DNA of 64,000 nucleotides from Paraspadella gotoi (GCA_051294375.1 CM119267.1:13942186-14006185); one strand, 5' to 3'. Positions 27,150 through 42,005 are shown, counted from the first letter of the stretch. Program-made: numbers and translations. The notes: a model not told the origin generated them from the letters alone.

Positions 27150-27558
27150 GAGAGAGAGAGGAAAGGCACATTGAACAACGCCGATATTACGATCGCTAAA
27201 AACAAAGGATAATACTTTTAAAAAAAGAAATGAGACTCCGACAATAACTCGTAACAAAACGATCACAATATATACACTCCAGTAACGTTACAAATAAAGC
27301 CAAAAAGTTTTCTGTGTCAAGTAAAGATTGCGCCATGAAAAGACAAATGTGGTGCCCATAATAAGAATGATATCATTTACTCATGTGCAATTTAAAGGCT
27401 ATGCTTTTTAAAATTTAAGTATATAAGGTGATTTTTAAAGTCTGATATAAAGTGGCGCGTTTTTTTTTAGACATGACTGTACAAGAGCGCGGCTTCCTCG
27501 TTTGCTTCCCTCCTCCTCCCCCTCGCGGGAGGTTTTAAATTTTTAGTATAATTCACCC

Positions 27559-27861
27559 GGAGGATTTCTTCGCCGGGACAGCAACGAGGCCGAGGACGAC
27601 GACAACAGCGTCAGGAGCGGGATCGGCGCAGCGGCGCGCGGCTGCCGACCTCCTTATCTCTTTATCGCCAACTGCAACTTCGGCAAGGACGAAGACGACG
27701 ATGACAACGACGAAGGACGAAGACGTCGACCCCGAGTCCGACCTTCGTCGACCGAGCGCCTGCGTCTTCTTGACCCCCACGACTTCCGGTTCCGGTGGCT
27801 TCTTCCGCGTTTCCGTTTCGACTCCTTCGGTTCTTCGAGATCTTCCCTCTCCACCGCTCAT
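27559..27861 (-). other. GC-rich candidate exon
   Basis: ATG-started ORF MSGGEGRSRRTEG... ends at a possible donor ccgg|gtgaat; no recognisable domain, and a + strand frame is also open. Confidence 0.2.
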
Positions 27862-30287
27862 CCCTTTCCCCCAATTTCGATAACTCCGTTTTTTTTTTTC
27901 TGCTCCTTTTCTTCGAATTCATTCTTCTGCTTCTCAACTGTTTCTTGTTTTACTTTTGATAAGCATTACCCTAAATTGGTCCTGCTTGCTTAATTCATTC
28001 AGTTCGTACTTGTTATCCTAGTTCTTCCGTTCTGCCAAGATTTTCTCGCAACCTCCAATACAGTTTCTTACTTACCTCTTTCATTATCTAAATATTTCTT
28101 CAAAGAGCTACATCCCTCTTTGTCTAATAGATGTGCGTACTTTATTCTTTGGTCCTTCGTCTTTCATACTACAGGGGTGGGACACTATATCGGGACAAAA
28201 TTGATAAAAATCATTACTTTAAAGCTCTTAATAATTTTTAAAATCTGAATAAATATTCGCTTTTAGATGATGTATTAATTTTTTTGAAATTCTTCGATAT
28301 TATGCTTTTTTTGATGCATCAAAGGCAACTGCTCGGTTTTTTCCGCGCGGTTTGGAAAAAATGTTTGAATACTTATTGTTAAATCTCATTCTAATATATA
28401 AAAGTGAAAAATATTCTTGGAAGTACTTATTTGTAGTATAATAATGCTCCTGGCAAGGTGTACATGGTATTTTGGTTAAAAAATTTTAAAGTAAGCAGGT
28501 AAGATTTGGGTAATTTTTTAATGGTTTAATTTTTATTAAAACTTACTTTTATCAAAAAATTTATTAACGATATTGACAGATAATTGTAAGATTTAAGATT
28601 GTAAGATTGTAAGATTGTAAGATTTAAGATGTAAGATTTCTGAATGCATAATAAAAGCGTCAAAAAGGTAAGAAATACATAAAGTATTTGACAATTGAAT
28701 ATATTCGTTATAATCCTCCTATAATTTTGTTTTACTGACCTGAAAAAAAATTAAATAGGTTTAATTTGGATAGTGATGAAAAGCTTAAAATCAGGTGTAT
28801 TGAAGATAAGACATAACACTGTCATGTTTAGAGACGACCACTGAAAGATATTAACAAATATGGCTTTTATCTTATACAATACAATACGCGCGCATAAAAA
28901 CGACTAAATGTTTTGAAAACATCCACGACGCATTGCAGTTGCTTAAATATTTATTTTTTTTAATTGCATATAAAAATTGTGTATCAAATCGTTCAGATAG
29001 GGCAGGATGTTAAGTTTTGTCTCGATATAGGGTATGTCTTTCATCGTTTTCATCAATACCCACTTTCTCTTTTTGTCCCCGCTTTCCTCGCTAAGTCATT
29101 TCTTGGCGCTTGCAACACCTCTTCTGGACTTTCCCACCTCTACTCGCTTCTTCTCCCCTTACCGCTTCCAAATGTTCCACCCGCCGACGGCCATTTTCTC
29201 GGCTTCCGCCGCCGACGCCGATCAGCCGCGTCTGCGCCGTTTCCACTCCGTCAGCCACTCTACATCCAACTCCCATTTTCATACCCATCCACCGGCGCCA
29301 CCCTCGCGAGCAAGGCCGCCCGGAAGTTGGCGTGGGCGTGACCGGAAGCGACGTGGGCGTGTTTGAGCAAGACGTCTCTAACGCCTCCGAACGTCGAAAC
29401 GAAAATCCCGTAAAAATGATGGAATATTGTCGCCAAGGACGAAAATCGTCTACGACTACGACGACGACGATGACGACGACGACGATGACTGCTTCCAATG
29501 GTTGAACGCCAGAAGGACGACGACGAAATGATGCAATCGCATATTGCGTTAACGACGACGATAACTACGACGACGACGACGTCGACGTTTAATAGGGTGA
29601 AGACGGGGGAGGCAGTTATTTCTTCCAAACGACGAAAAGGATTAGGAAGCAAACAAAGTCGCGAATAGTATGACAGAATATATTGAGTCGCTCGGAGCAG
29701 GATTGGAGGAAAAAGGAAAAGAAAAGAATGTGGAAAGGATTTAAACGGAAAAAAGGAGGAAAAGAAAAAAAAAAGGGATTAGAAAAACGATTTGAGGAGA
29801 ACGGGGGAAAAAGGAAAAAAAAAAGAAGAAAAATAAAGGAAGAAGATAAGTAAGGAAAGTGATAGAAAGAATGGATTTGGAGTAAAACCAGAAAAGAAGG
29901 AAAAAGGTAGTACTAGCGGGGAAAAAAAGAGAGAGAGAGACAGAGAGAGAGAGAAAGAGAGTAAAAATAAAAATAAGACAATAAAAGGTAAAGAAAGGCA
30001 GGAAAATGGCGGAGCAATTTCACCGTCGCGTTGGTAAGAACAACAAGACCAACGCGACGAAAAAAGAATTGGATGGAAATAAAAACGAAGCGAAAAGAAA
30101 AGAAATTGTTCTCGTTTTTGTCGGTTGTTTTTTTTTTGTTTTTTGTTTCAGCGACGCGATGCGTGAAAGGTCAAAACTCCGAATGTTCATTTGATGATTC
30201 TCTGGAAGGAAGGAAGGGGAGCGACGAAAGCGAATCACGCTAGAGGGCAGAATAATTTAGAGATAGATTGAGTGGGTCCATTTGTTG

Positions 30288-30531
30288 TTTTTAGTCGGAT
30301 CCCGACTCTATTATCCACTTTGACTTTGTCGGTCCACTTTGACTTCTTCGGTCCGTCGGTCCCACCACAAAATCTTGTCGGTCATTCAATTAAATCATGT
30401 CAGAACATCAAATTATGATAAAATATGCAAAAAAATGATGTCCGTCCGCCCGTCCGTAATTCATCATCGGATTAGCTTATTACCACTTAATTATCGTAGA
30501 CATATCCGACGTTGTTTGCTCAAACTTGTTT
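30288..30531 (+). mobile_element. HINE/DINE-1-like element, family B, copy 2
   Basis: tttttagtcggatcccgactctat...gtcggtcattca..catgtcagaacatc..aattatgataaa...atccgacgttgtttgctcaaacttgttt; reverse complement of copy 1. Confidence 0.65.
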
Positions 30532-31516
30532 TTTTTTTTTTTTCAACTTTCGAACATCGGTGGAGCCACTGCAAAGTCTCGCGCGATTAAATGGCCGAAT
30601 TGGACCCATAAGCGTCGCGCTTTGTCACATGACGGAACCTCGTCAAAGGTCAAGCACCCTCTCGCGCATGGTCATTGATCGATCACGGACCGGGTCACGC
30701 GTGAACGTCGACGCCGTTCTCGTATATACGCGCCGATCGACGCCGGTTTTTATGCCGGAAACCGGGTGACAAGTCAATCGTCGATCGGTTGAGTCGAAAG
30801 AATCGAGGAAGAATCAGGTGGAGCTAAGTGGTGAGGTGGAAAGATGGTGGGTTGGTGAGGTGGTTAGGGAGTTGGATAGGATTGGATGCTACTCTTCCGA
30901 ATTGTGAATATAAATATAATGTAAAAAAAAAAGAGACTAAACCGTAAAGTTAGACGATTTAGAGATATACTTTAAGAATAAAGCAAACTGGCCATACGGT
31001 TTTAGGAGTTCGGGGCCTCAGGCGTTCCTGATCGTATGTGGAAAGTCTGAAATATTATCGAATCGTCCTTTCCAAGATCTCATGACGAGAGTGTCCCAAT
31101 CATGGATTCCCATTGAGAGAGGACTTCTATTAAAGAAGGCAACGGGGCTCCAGGTGCGGGCCGAATTATATGTCCTCCTTTCTTTCCTCTCTCTCACTCT
31201 CTCACTCTCGCTCCAACCCTTCTTCCCCCTTATACGGCCCCGTCCGCGCATGGGGGAAATCGACGTCGGTCCTCCTTACGAAAAATCCAATTCCCAACCA
31301 AATTGCGGAGCTGCCTCATCCTCGTTTTTGAATCTCTCTCTCTCTCTCTCTCTCTTTCTCTCGTTCTCTCTCTTTCTCTCTCTGTTACTCTCTCTATCAC
31401 TCTCTCACACACACACATCCCTTGCGCGCACACACAAACACAAAGCTCGCGTTTTCAGGTAGATGTGACTCAAAGCGAGAGGGAGGGAGAGAGAGGGAGA
31501 GGGAAAGGGATGGAGA

Positions 31517-31582
<66 letters not shown>

Positions 31583-32102
31583 TCGAGTGATAAAAAAAAA
31601 CCCGTGTTTTCGCTCAATTAAGTTTCGCTTGTGATCGAGTTTAACGTCTCATTTGCACATCGAAGGTTCCGAGTTTGTCCTTTGAATGCCTCCCACAGCG
31701 TCGCTGAGGCAGAATCGCTGAGGACGCGAGCAATTTAAACCCGAAGACTAAAACAGTCGATTTCGGTTCTATTGATTGTTGTAAGCTAAACAGTTGTGAA
31801 CTATCCTTTTAAGTGTTTGCGACAAAAGTTGTATGATTGCCACTCTCAGAAAGATTTCTTTTTCCATAGATTGTCTTTGACAATGTCATTAACATCGGTG
31901 CTTTATACTGATAACGATAGTGAAACTTGCTCTTACTTAGCGTGAAGGGATATAAATGTATATAGATTCTAACATCGATGAAGTAAAAACGTTTTAAACC
32001 ATTAAAAATTTAACTTCCCTGAAAGAAGTTTAAAATATAATAGTTTAATATATTTCCAATCTTTTTGGCGCGCGAAAGCCAAAAGAGCAACGGATTAGAG
32101 GG

Positions 32103-32141
<39 letters not shown>

Positions 32142-33123
32142 TAGAGAGAGAGAGAGAGGGAGAGAGAGTGGAGAGAGAAGGAGAGAGAGAGAGAGAGAGG
32201 AGCTTCACGATGACACTTCGTAATGGCGCGGCTTTTAGTCTTACTAGCGACGCCGTGAGAATTTCCTTTTTCAGAGAGGAATGGCTTTTCCAATTGCGCC
32301 GCAATTTTCTATCTCTCTCTCTCTCCTCTCTTCTCCTCTCTCTCCTCTCTCTCTCTCTTCTCGTCTCTCTCATCTCTCCGACGTCGAAATTCGAGTTTTG
32401 AGGTGGAAATGAAATTCGACCGAGAGAAGAAAGAGAAGAAAAGAAGTAATATCTTTTGATTTCCCATCTTGGAAAATGAATAAATCGCCGAAAAATTTGT
32501 TAGTTTCGGTAACTTTTGTAATCTGATTAGAAATACCATAAAGAAAAGTTGTATTTTAAAATATTCTGTTTTGAAATAAAGATTTTCAACGTTAAGATTG
32601 ATGTTCTCTGTGTATTATATATAATATACATAGCTCAATACTATTATCAAATAATGCATATATCAAAACCCACAGAGGTTATATTAAGTATAGATATAAT
32701 AATTCTTCCAAAAAAATTATCATAATGTTTTTTTAATCGCAACTCGAATCGGAACTTGAATCATTCGAATAAAAAAAATCATAATTTTTCAGATATATGT
32801 ATCATTTTTTCCCTGATATTAAAGGAGCCAAAAGTTAGGCAAAAGTTTAAAACTGAGAAAATCCGAACAAATAAAACAGTTGGACGGAAACACAAATCTT
32901 ACGAATAGAACGAGCCAAATTGAAAAAAAGAAAAAGAAAAGTAGAAATATCTAATAAAACGACCCAATTAAAATAAAATCCCAAAAAACCTTTTTCTCTC
33001 AATTTTTTTTTGGAGAGCCACCTTATCGCAAGCTTAAAAAAAACGAAATTAAAAGCAATTAATTAGGCTAGGAATTTTCTTTGTTTCTTTGTTTCTTTGT
33101 TTCTTTCTTTATTTGTTTCTCTC

Positions 33124-33168
<45 letters not shown>

Positions 33169-33537
33169 CAAGTGCTCTAAGCTAAGGAAAAACTAAAAAA
33201 AAAAGACTAAAAAGAAGAAAAAGAAGAGGAAATAATTTGAGAGAGAGTCAAAAAGTAGATTCGCTTAACTTCGCCTTCTTTCTTCTCTCTTTCTCTCTAC
33301 TCGTTCGTCGCTTCTTCTCTTTAACCCTGTTTCTTCTATGCCGAAGGTCAACCTTAACATAAAGGAAGAAGAGGAAAGAAAAGAAAAAGAGAGGGAAAAA
33401 CAAAAACGAAATGAGAAATACTTGAGTTTAAAAAAAAAGAGAGAGAGAGCGAAGAAAATTGAGGCTCGGGGAAGGAAAATTAAAGATATAGAATTGGTGA
33501 AAGAAAAGAGAGAAGGAAATAAAAAAGAAAGTAAGAC

Positions 33538-33574
<37 letters not shown>

Positions 33575-33611
33575 TAAAGAAAGAAAGATTAAAAAAAAAG
33601 TAAAAAAAAGA

Positions 33612-34015
33612 AAACAAGAACGGTAATTCAAATTAGTTGCGCCGCAGTAACTGCTTTATCACGTGTATTTCTCATTGACATGACATGACGTGACATGACA
33701 TGACATGACGCGACATGACAGGACTACATGACTGCAATAACTTTCTTAGCCGTTGTATTTATGACAGGCACTCCATCGGAATTCCGTCTTTTATTCCTTA
33801 TAATTTTTCGGAATTCCTAAAGGCGGTGCTAGCAGTCCCTTAGATTTTAGGTTTTTTTTGTCTTAACAAATGAGCAACCAACTATAGGCAAATTATATGT
33901 ACTTTTAACGTAAGTAGGATAGACCAACGGACAGACATACCGACGAACCGACCGACAGACCGACCGAAAGTGACTAATAGAGTTACTCCGCGAGTTCTCG
34001 TGGCGCAACTAAAAA
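33612..34015 (-). mobile_element. HINE/DINE-1-like element, family A, copy 3
   Basis: aaacaagaacggtaattcaaattagttgcgccgcag...(gacat)n...(gacc/gaca)n...gtggcgcaactaaaaa; subterminal inverted repeats match at 12 of 13 bp. Confidence 0.7.
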
Positions 34016-34185
34016 GAAAAAAAAAAAAAGGAAAAAACTCAAATAGAATAAAGAGAGTAAAAAAAAGGCTTCAACTTTTTTCCTTCGCATTTTTCCTTCA
34101 GAGTCACAATTCATCGGAGGGAAAAGGAGGATGAAAAGAAGAGATGAAGGAAATTAAAGAAAGAGGAAAAAAAAGAAAAATGAGC

Positions 34186-34306
<121 letters not shown>

Positions 34307-34421
34307 CGCTGATCCACGGGCGCCATTACAAAGAGATTGGGTGCTTTCGGCCAAAAAAGGAGGAAGAAAGGAAAGGAAAGGAATCTTCGATCGACTCCGA
34401 TCTCTCAACGGTCCGAAGAGG

Positions 34422-35035
34422 ATGGATGAGGAGGAGGGGGTGGCTGAGGAGGTAGGGTGGATGAGAAGGAGGGGTGGCATGAGAGGAGGTGGATGAGAGG
34501 AAGGGTTGAGGGGAGGTGGAGAGGAGTGGATGAGGAGGGAGTGAGTTGACTGAGGAGGAAGGGTGGATGAGGAGGAGGGGGTTGATGAGGAGGAGGGGTG
34601 GATGAGGAGGAAGGGGTTGATGAGGAGGAGGGGAGGATGAGGAGGAAGGGGTTGAATGAGCAGGAGGGAGTGGATGGAAGGAGGGGTGGATGAGGAGGAA
34701 GGGGTTGATTGAGGAGGAGGGAGTGGATGAGAAGGAGGGGGATGAGGAGAAAGGTTTATGAGGAGGGGGTTTGATGAGAGGAGGGGGTTAGATGGAGAGG
34801 AGGAGAGATGGAGGAGGAGGAGGAGGTGAATGAAGAGGAGGGAGTGGATGAGAAGGGGTGTTTGATGAGGAGGAAGGGGTTGATGAGGAGGAGGTGGTGA
34901 TGAGGAGGAGGAGGTTTGATGAGGAGGAAGGGTGGATGAGCAGGAGGGTTGATGAGTGGAGGGGGTGGGTGTCGGAGGTAGAGGGAGGTAAGGTTGAATT
35001 AAGAGGAGGGAGTGGATGAGAAGGAGGGGTGGATG
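34422..35035 (+). repeat. Degenerate ~17-20-bp minisatellite (gatgaggaggaggggtg)
   Basis: Units gatgaggaggaaggggtt and gatgaggaggaggggtg recur throughout. Confidence 0.85.
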
Positions 35036-35857
35036 CGGATGCAAGACCAGCAGATGTAAGGTCATTAAATGCCAAGACAGCAGATGCAAATACAACGGAT
35101 GCAAGCCGAGGCGATGCAAGACTTGGAGGTGCGACACAAATAGATGATATTGAAGAGTTCTATCTTATTTTCTTTTTCGAAATTGTTTCATTTCATTTCA
35201 AGAAAAACGATTTCAAATGAGAGATTTATGTAAATTTCAAAAATAAAAACAATTTTGTAAATGTGTAAGAGACTGCAAAATTCTTTTCTTAAATAAAGCA
35301 AGTAAATTTCTCGAATTGAAAATAAAGTAAAGACTTTTCCTTGAATAAATTCTTTGAATAAATTTCGCCTTCATTTCCAACAGAAAAGTCATTTTTATTT
35401 TAATCAATAATAAAAGTAGAACCTTCTCTAACGTTTCACAGTATGAAGATCGAAGACATTGAAGAACATTGACTATTCGCAACGAAACGGAGAGTAAAGT
35501 TGCCTCGAAGTTGAAAATCAGAGAATCAGAGATTCACTCACAAATCGAATGAAGTCGGAACGAAAGCCAAAGAAGCTAAGGATTGGGAAGCAGGGTTGCG
35601 GAGGAAGTCAAGGGGTCACCCGAGTTAGAGAAAGACAAGAGAAAAAGGAAGGCAAAAAAAAATAAAAGGAAAGACAAATAAAAAAGGAAGAAAAAAAGGG
35701 AGAGGCGCGGGAGAAAATGAAGGAAAAGATGCGTAAACATTGCAAATGGATTCACAGATTATGGAACAGAAACTTTTTTTTCCTTTTGCTTTTGCTTTGG
35801 CTGATGTACGTTGTAAATAAAAATTTTCTACCGGAAGTGATCGTTGACAACTCAAAG

Positions 35858-35907
<50 letters not shown>

Positions 35908-36593
35908 ATATCCCGACATTTGACACAGACAAGGGAGAAAAGGAGAACGATAGATCCCGGCTGAAAGACAAACAACCCAGTCTATTACAGAATCACAAGG
36001 GAATGAAATTTCGAAAAAAGGTACACGGAAAACAATTACCATAATTTAATATCCAAAGATTAATACATTTTTAGGGATGACCCGCTGTCAATATATTGGA
36101 AGGCCGGAGTTAACCAAAGAAAAATTGATGGGAGAAAAGATAAAAATTAAAGAAAGGGAAATATTTAAAATAAATAGAGAATATATGTACAAAAGCGGAC
36201 ATTTGCCTAAAATAAGTTTTGAGGCTTGTAAAGCAAAAAAGTTTTTCTAAGGAGAATGGCTAAGCCTAAAGGATTCGCGTAAATATGTAGTAGACAATAT
36301 CAAAAGTTTAAGAAACAAATTTCATTAGAAAAAATTAATAAAATAAAATTTCATTAGTCGCATAAACATCATTAAATTAAATAATTAAATAAAAACAAAA
36401 CCTATAAAACCTAACAATATTCTTGAAGATAGAGGTAAGTCGCGGCTTAAAACTATGGATGGGAGAAAATTAAAAAAAAAAGGATGGATAAATTGAAAAG
36501 CGAAGGATAAAGGAGAAAGAAAAGGAAATAAAAAGAAAAACCACGGGAAAGTGAAAGAGAGAAAGAAAAGAGGGAGAATAAAAAACTGAGCAT

Positions 36594-36643
<50 letters not shown>

Positions 36644-37416
36644 AAATGGAAACTTAATCTCGGAAATTCATTATGAAAGGCGATCATCTGAAACTGTGAA
36701 TAGGCGAAGGCACAGTCGGAGCGTTAAAGGCGCTGTGAATGTTGGTAGGGTGGTGGAGGTTGGGTGGTGGAGGTTGGGTGGTGTCGAGAATGGTAAGTTA
36801 GAAAAGCTCCCGGATGTGTTACTGTTGGGGAAACCCGTTTAAGGTGACGATGAAGAAATGAAACGCGCGTGGAAGCGTTAATCGAAAAGTCAACAGCAGC
36901 GGCGTCGTCGTCGTCGTTGTCGTCGTCGTCTTCGTCGTCTAACGACGTGTTTTTGTCGGTATATTTTCCCTTTCGTCGAGTCGGTTGGAATAAGAGATTA
37001 CGTTAGCTCAATGTTTAACACTCCATTCACGGAAAATCCAACTTCGCCTCACCGCTTGTGAAGCGTAACGCCAGGCAAGTCGCTGCTCACGTTCAACAAG
37101 TCATCTGCCCGATGCTCGAATTGTTTCAGTCTCTCCTCTCAAATTAACGCCGCAATCAAATTTCTCTTTTACACACCGGTAATTATAGTATTTCGATGCT
37201 AGTGCGGAGAACAATATAGTATTTCCCGATCTAATAATTGAGGTCCTTTGATTCATTTTAAACATTTCATTGATAAAAAAAAACTTAATTGTTTTAGACA
37301 TCTCTGTTATTCTGTCCAATCACTTCTCCCTAATCATCCAATTCAGTCTTTCCTTCAGATCTGCGCCTAATAAGGCTACTTTTCCCCCCCTTTTTTTCTT
37401 GATCTGTCTCTGTACC

Positions 37417-37528
<112 letters not shown>

Positions 37529-37615
37529 CTCCTCCCTCGACCCCCCTCACTTCCTCCTCACGGGAAACGTCAAAGCTGTGAAGGCTAAAGGTCTCGGCTA
37601 ACTAATTGCGCAGCA

Positions 37616-37653
<38 letters not shown>

Positions 37654-37744
37654 AGTCTTCGTGGTGATTTCCTTCGTCATTAGAGTCAATATATCGTCAA
37701 TACTGACAAATTGTCAATCGCCACTCTTTATATCCTCTCATTCT

Positions 37745-38240
37745 TTTTCTTTATCGTCGTCAGCTTGGCGTTTGTCATTTGTTTTGACTTTCATCGCCGA
37801 CGTCGTTTCGGGGTTGACTTTCTCGTTTTTCTTCTTTTTTATCCCTGTCGTCGTCGTCGTCGTCGTCATCATTATCCTTTTCGGGGTCGTCTTGATCATT
37901 CCCGTCGTTGTCGTTATTGTCATCGTCCTCGTGATCGCCATCATCGTCTTCATCGACATCATTGTCATCGTCTTCATCGTCGTAGTCATCTTTTCAGGGG
38001 TAGTCTTGGTCGTTTTCTTCTTTTTATTTCCAGTTGTTATCCTAATCGTCGTCGTCATCATCCTTTTCTGGATTGTCTTGATCATTTTTACCTTTTTCAT
38101 CCCCGTCATTGTCGTCATCATCGTGATCGCCATCATTTTCATCGTCATGATCGTTGTTGTTGTCCTCATTCTCTTCGGGTTCATCTTGGTCTTCATGGTC
38201 CTAGTCGTCATCATCGTCGTCATCATCGTCGTCATCTTCA
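37745..38240. repeat. Degenerate (GAC/GAT)n-based minisatellite with ~185-bp higher-order period
   Basis: Motif cttttcggggtcgtcttgatc recurs near 37806, 37877, 37991, 38063 and 38172, with alternating ~72 and ~110 bp spacing. Confidence 0.75.
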
Positions 38241-39092
38241 CTCGAGCCCCAGTTTTAAAATCTCGATCCCGGGAGCAACAACGCATTTGCATTCGCTCAA
38301 TTCGATTCGCGAGTGACGCAAAGATTTGCTTCGCACTTCGTTTCAATCCCCGTCGCAATTGACTCGCAGTAGAAATTGCCCTCGCGACTCGATATATCGC
38401 ATTCGTCGTCGACAATTGCCGACAGCAATTGCAGTCGCTATTGTTTCTGCCATTGCGAGCTCTGGCAGTGGCTGCTGATGGCGTAGTAGTTGTTTTTTTT
38501 TGGCAAGGCCGATCGCCGATCTCTACGTTGGCGATGAGTCGTAAAATCAACTACGTATGTAGCGATGAAAAATGAAGTATTATTCCTGGAATAATAATTG
38601 TGTGCATTTGCAATTCGAAATTTAAAAGTCGCCAATAAGTCTTCGAACCCAATGCGAAGAAAATTTCAGTTCCGACATCTGGCGGAGTTAATGAGACAAA
38701 AGTAAAGAAAAGGTAAAGGTAAAGTTAAGGCCTCTATCCCTTTAATAATATTATAACTATATTATAACATTGTAACGGAGTCGCACTTCCAGTTCCGCTT
38801 TACAAATGAATGATTTTATGATCCAATGTCGCGATGAGCTTTTCTCTATGTCGACTCGAGCCAAAGCCGATGGCAGAAAACCGCTCCTCTCATCCTCCTC
38901 AAACAGACGCCGCATTCGCGCCAAAGCAAATGATGGGAAAAAATTGAAGACCACCTGTGAGTTAAAGATTGAAGAAAATGAATATCCATTATCCATCAGC
39001 CTTTCCTTCGATGAGTCGACGATCGACAGATTTGTTGAATCTATCTATCTATGCTTGCTTTGTCTCTGTCTATGTATCTCTCTCTCTCTGTA

Positions 39093-39125
<33 letters not shown>

Positions 39126-39174
39126 GTAACTACGTATTTCTCTCTCTCTCACACCATCGCGTAAACTTAATCAT

Positions 39175-39225
<51 letters not shown>

Positions 39226-39519
39226 GCGATGAGCGAGTACACCCGGATTTCTCCCTCTCTTTCCTCTCGAAAAAAAAAAGCTTAAGTCATCAGAATAAAA
39301 CCTCTTCTCCGATGAAATCCATTTGAATTTCAAAGTCTACTTTTCGTAAGCGCGATGGATTTTTCCTCATGCAAATCTTCGTAACGTTTCACCATCGAAA
39401 TTCCACGATTTTTTTTTCCTGATTTTTTTTAACGTTTTTACAAGTATTTTTTTTTCGTCTCCCTTTTGACTTTTAAAGGATGTTTTTAGCCGATGGTCGG
39501 AAATGTATAAGCCGGGAAT

Positions 39520-39563
<44 letters not shown>

Positions 39564-39589
39564 AAAGAAAAAAATCTCGTTTTTCACAG

Positions 39590-39668
39590 ATGAGCAGACT
39601 GAATATGATTCGTTTAAAGAAGCCAATCAACATATGAAAGGCGCGAACTGACCATTCGACGCCCTAAG
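39590..39668 (+). other. Orphan exon candidate
   Basis: Clean acceptor ttttcacag| and donor aag|gtaaag; reads MSRLNMIRLKKPINI then, after one frame change, ERRELTIRRPK. Confidence 0.35.
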
Positions 39669-40453
39669 GTAAAGAAAAACGCAAGAATGGGTGGTGACCC
39701 GAAGGTTGAGATCACAAGGTCAATGAAAAAGGCCATTGTATGCATTAGGATGACGAGCGCGCTGGGGAGAGGGCTTTATATTTAGTTCTGAGATTCAGAT
39801 GGAAGAGTGAAGAAGACTACGAAGTTTCACACTCAGAATTATGGGTCGAGAATATTGAATCTCCGTAAAGCGCTTGTTAAAATTAAACCTTTTTCTAGTA
39901 AATATGTCTTCGAATTTGGTAAACGAGCTAACTTGACATGGGACATGGATTAAGGTCTCCCTTTCTCTTACTAGATAATATCATATCGTAACATAACATC
40001 GAGAATTCGTGGGAAGGCCAAGAGTAGTGTCGGTCCAACGCTGCAGAGTGAGTCAGGAGAGGAGAAGAAACGAGCAGCGATCGCTGCGGGTCAAATTCAA
40101 AATGGCCGCCGTCGGTGTCGAATCTTCTCCGCCTTATTCTTTTTTTTTCGATCTCCACTGTCTTTTACCGCTCTGCCGCCCCCTCTGTCGGCTCACGCGG
40201 TCTAATTAATGATCGCATCTCGGTCGACGGAGGCCAAAATATGCAAACGAGGAGCGCATCCCTAAAAAAAAACCCTCGCGGGCTACGATATGCAAACAAG
40301 CGTTTCCAAAAAAAAANNNNNNNNNNNNNNNNNNNNNNNNNNNNNNNNNNNNNNNNNNNNNNNNNNNNNNNNNNNNNNNNNNNNNNNNNNTTCCTTTTGG
40401 TTTTTTCAGCGTCCGGTGGATCACTCAACCTATGTTCTCTCTTCTTTCATCCT

Positions 40454-40573
<120 letters not shown>

Positions 40574-42005
40574 ATTTGCATTTCAAATATTCCTTTTTTC
40601 ATCTGAAAAAAAAGGTTCGGTGCAGAAGATTGGCCTCTGAGATGTGAGATATCGTGAATGTGAGTGGCGATCGACGATGAGCGATGACTCTACGCGTGAT
40701 CGATGCGCTCCTTCCGCCCCCCCCCGCCCCCCAAACTTCCTCGTCACATCATATCGCGCGCGCGTGAATCCGCGTGCGTCGTGGCGCCCGTGGGTATTCG
40801 TCGTTCGCGTCTCACGTTCGCGTTTGGGGATATCTCCGTAAAATGTTTTATGGCGATTTTCTTATTTATTCGTCTGGAGAGAAGCGACACCCCGTTGTTT
40901 TTTTTTTCCGTCTGTCCTTCTGTCTGGGAGTCCGTTTACCGTTTTCTCTCCATCCTTCCACTTCTTTCGCGCCTTTTTTTCTCGGTTTCAATTTCTCCTT
41001 TCTGCTTCTTCAATCTCCAACGCCCTCTCTCCGCTGACGATTTCCCTTTTTCCAGTTCATAATATCTTTTCCCTTTTCTATCTCCTTTCTCCCTCTTCGT
41101 TATTCTTCCTATTTTCCTCTTTCACTTATTCTTTCTCTTTCCCCTTCTTTCTCGTTTTCTGCTTTTCCTCCTTAATCCTCTTCTCTGTCTACTCGAACTC
41201 TAGTGACCAAAGTCGAGCTAAGTTTTCGCTTCACTACGCCATCTATTTTTTCTTTTATATCTTCCACTCACCCAATCAACCCCGATCATCCGCGGACTTG
41301 AGCGTCTACTCCCGTATTAAAAATAGAAAATTTCCTATAAATATGATTTAATCAATCATTAGTTTTTAAGAACCATAATTTAATTACGTTATCAGCATGA
41401 GTAGTACAGTACAGAGCAGTAGGTAAGATCCAAATGTTCAAAACCGAACGAAGAATAATTATTCAGCCATTTCCTCTTATTATTTGAACTTAGTCAAATC
41501 AAACTTTGCCCAACAGGATAATCAAAGCTTTTTTTCCCAGCCTGACTTAGAAATAGGTTAGCGTCCGAGGGCCTCGAGGCCTCGTGGCCAAACATCACTC
41601 TTTCCACCCTTCTTCTTCTTCTTCTTCTTCTTCTTCTTCTTCTTCTTCTCTTCTTTTCTTCTTCTTCTTCTTCTTCTTCTTCTTCTTCTTCTTCTAACCA
41701 CTCCCACAGTCCCCCTATCTCTCCCCCTCTCACCATTAAGCCTTCCCCCTCCGCCCCCTGACGCGGAAGTCTACTCCTCTCGATTCCTCCTCTCGCCTCC
41801 GCCAAAATCACCGGAATTCGAAGAGAAGGAGATTGAAATAAGACGCGAGGAAAAAAAAAGAAGAAAGAAGAAAAGAAAAAAAGAAAATGAAGGAAAAAAG
41901 AAAAAGAAAAATGTGGAAGAAATGATTGAAAGTCGACGTCGTTGGTTCCTCGACGATTCTATGAATGATCTTTCGCATAAAGACTCACGAAAAACCCCCT
42001 TTGCG

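Noticed and set aside
28170-28900. TA-CAGGGGTG start of an AT-rich block, like a Tc1/mariner terminal repeat
   Set aside because: No matching inverted end or transposase was found by eye.
37661-38362. 233-aa Val/Ile-rich membrane-like ORF and overlapping His/Arg-rich ORF
   Set aside because: Alternative frames of a (GTC/ATC)n repeat.
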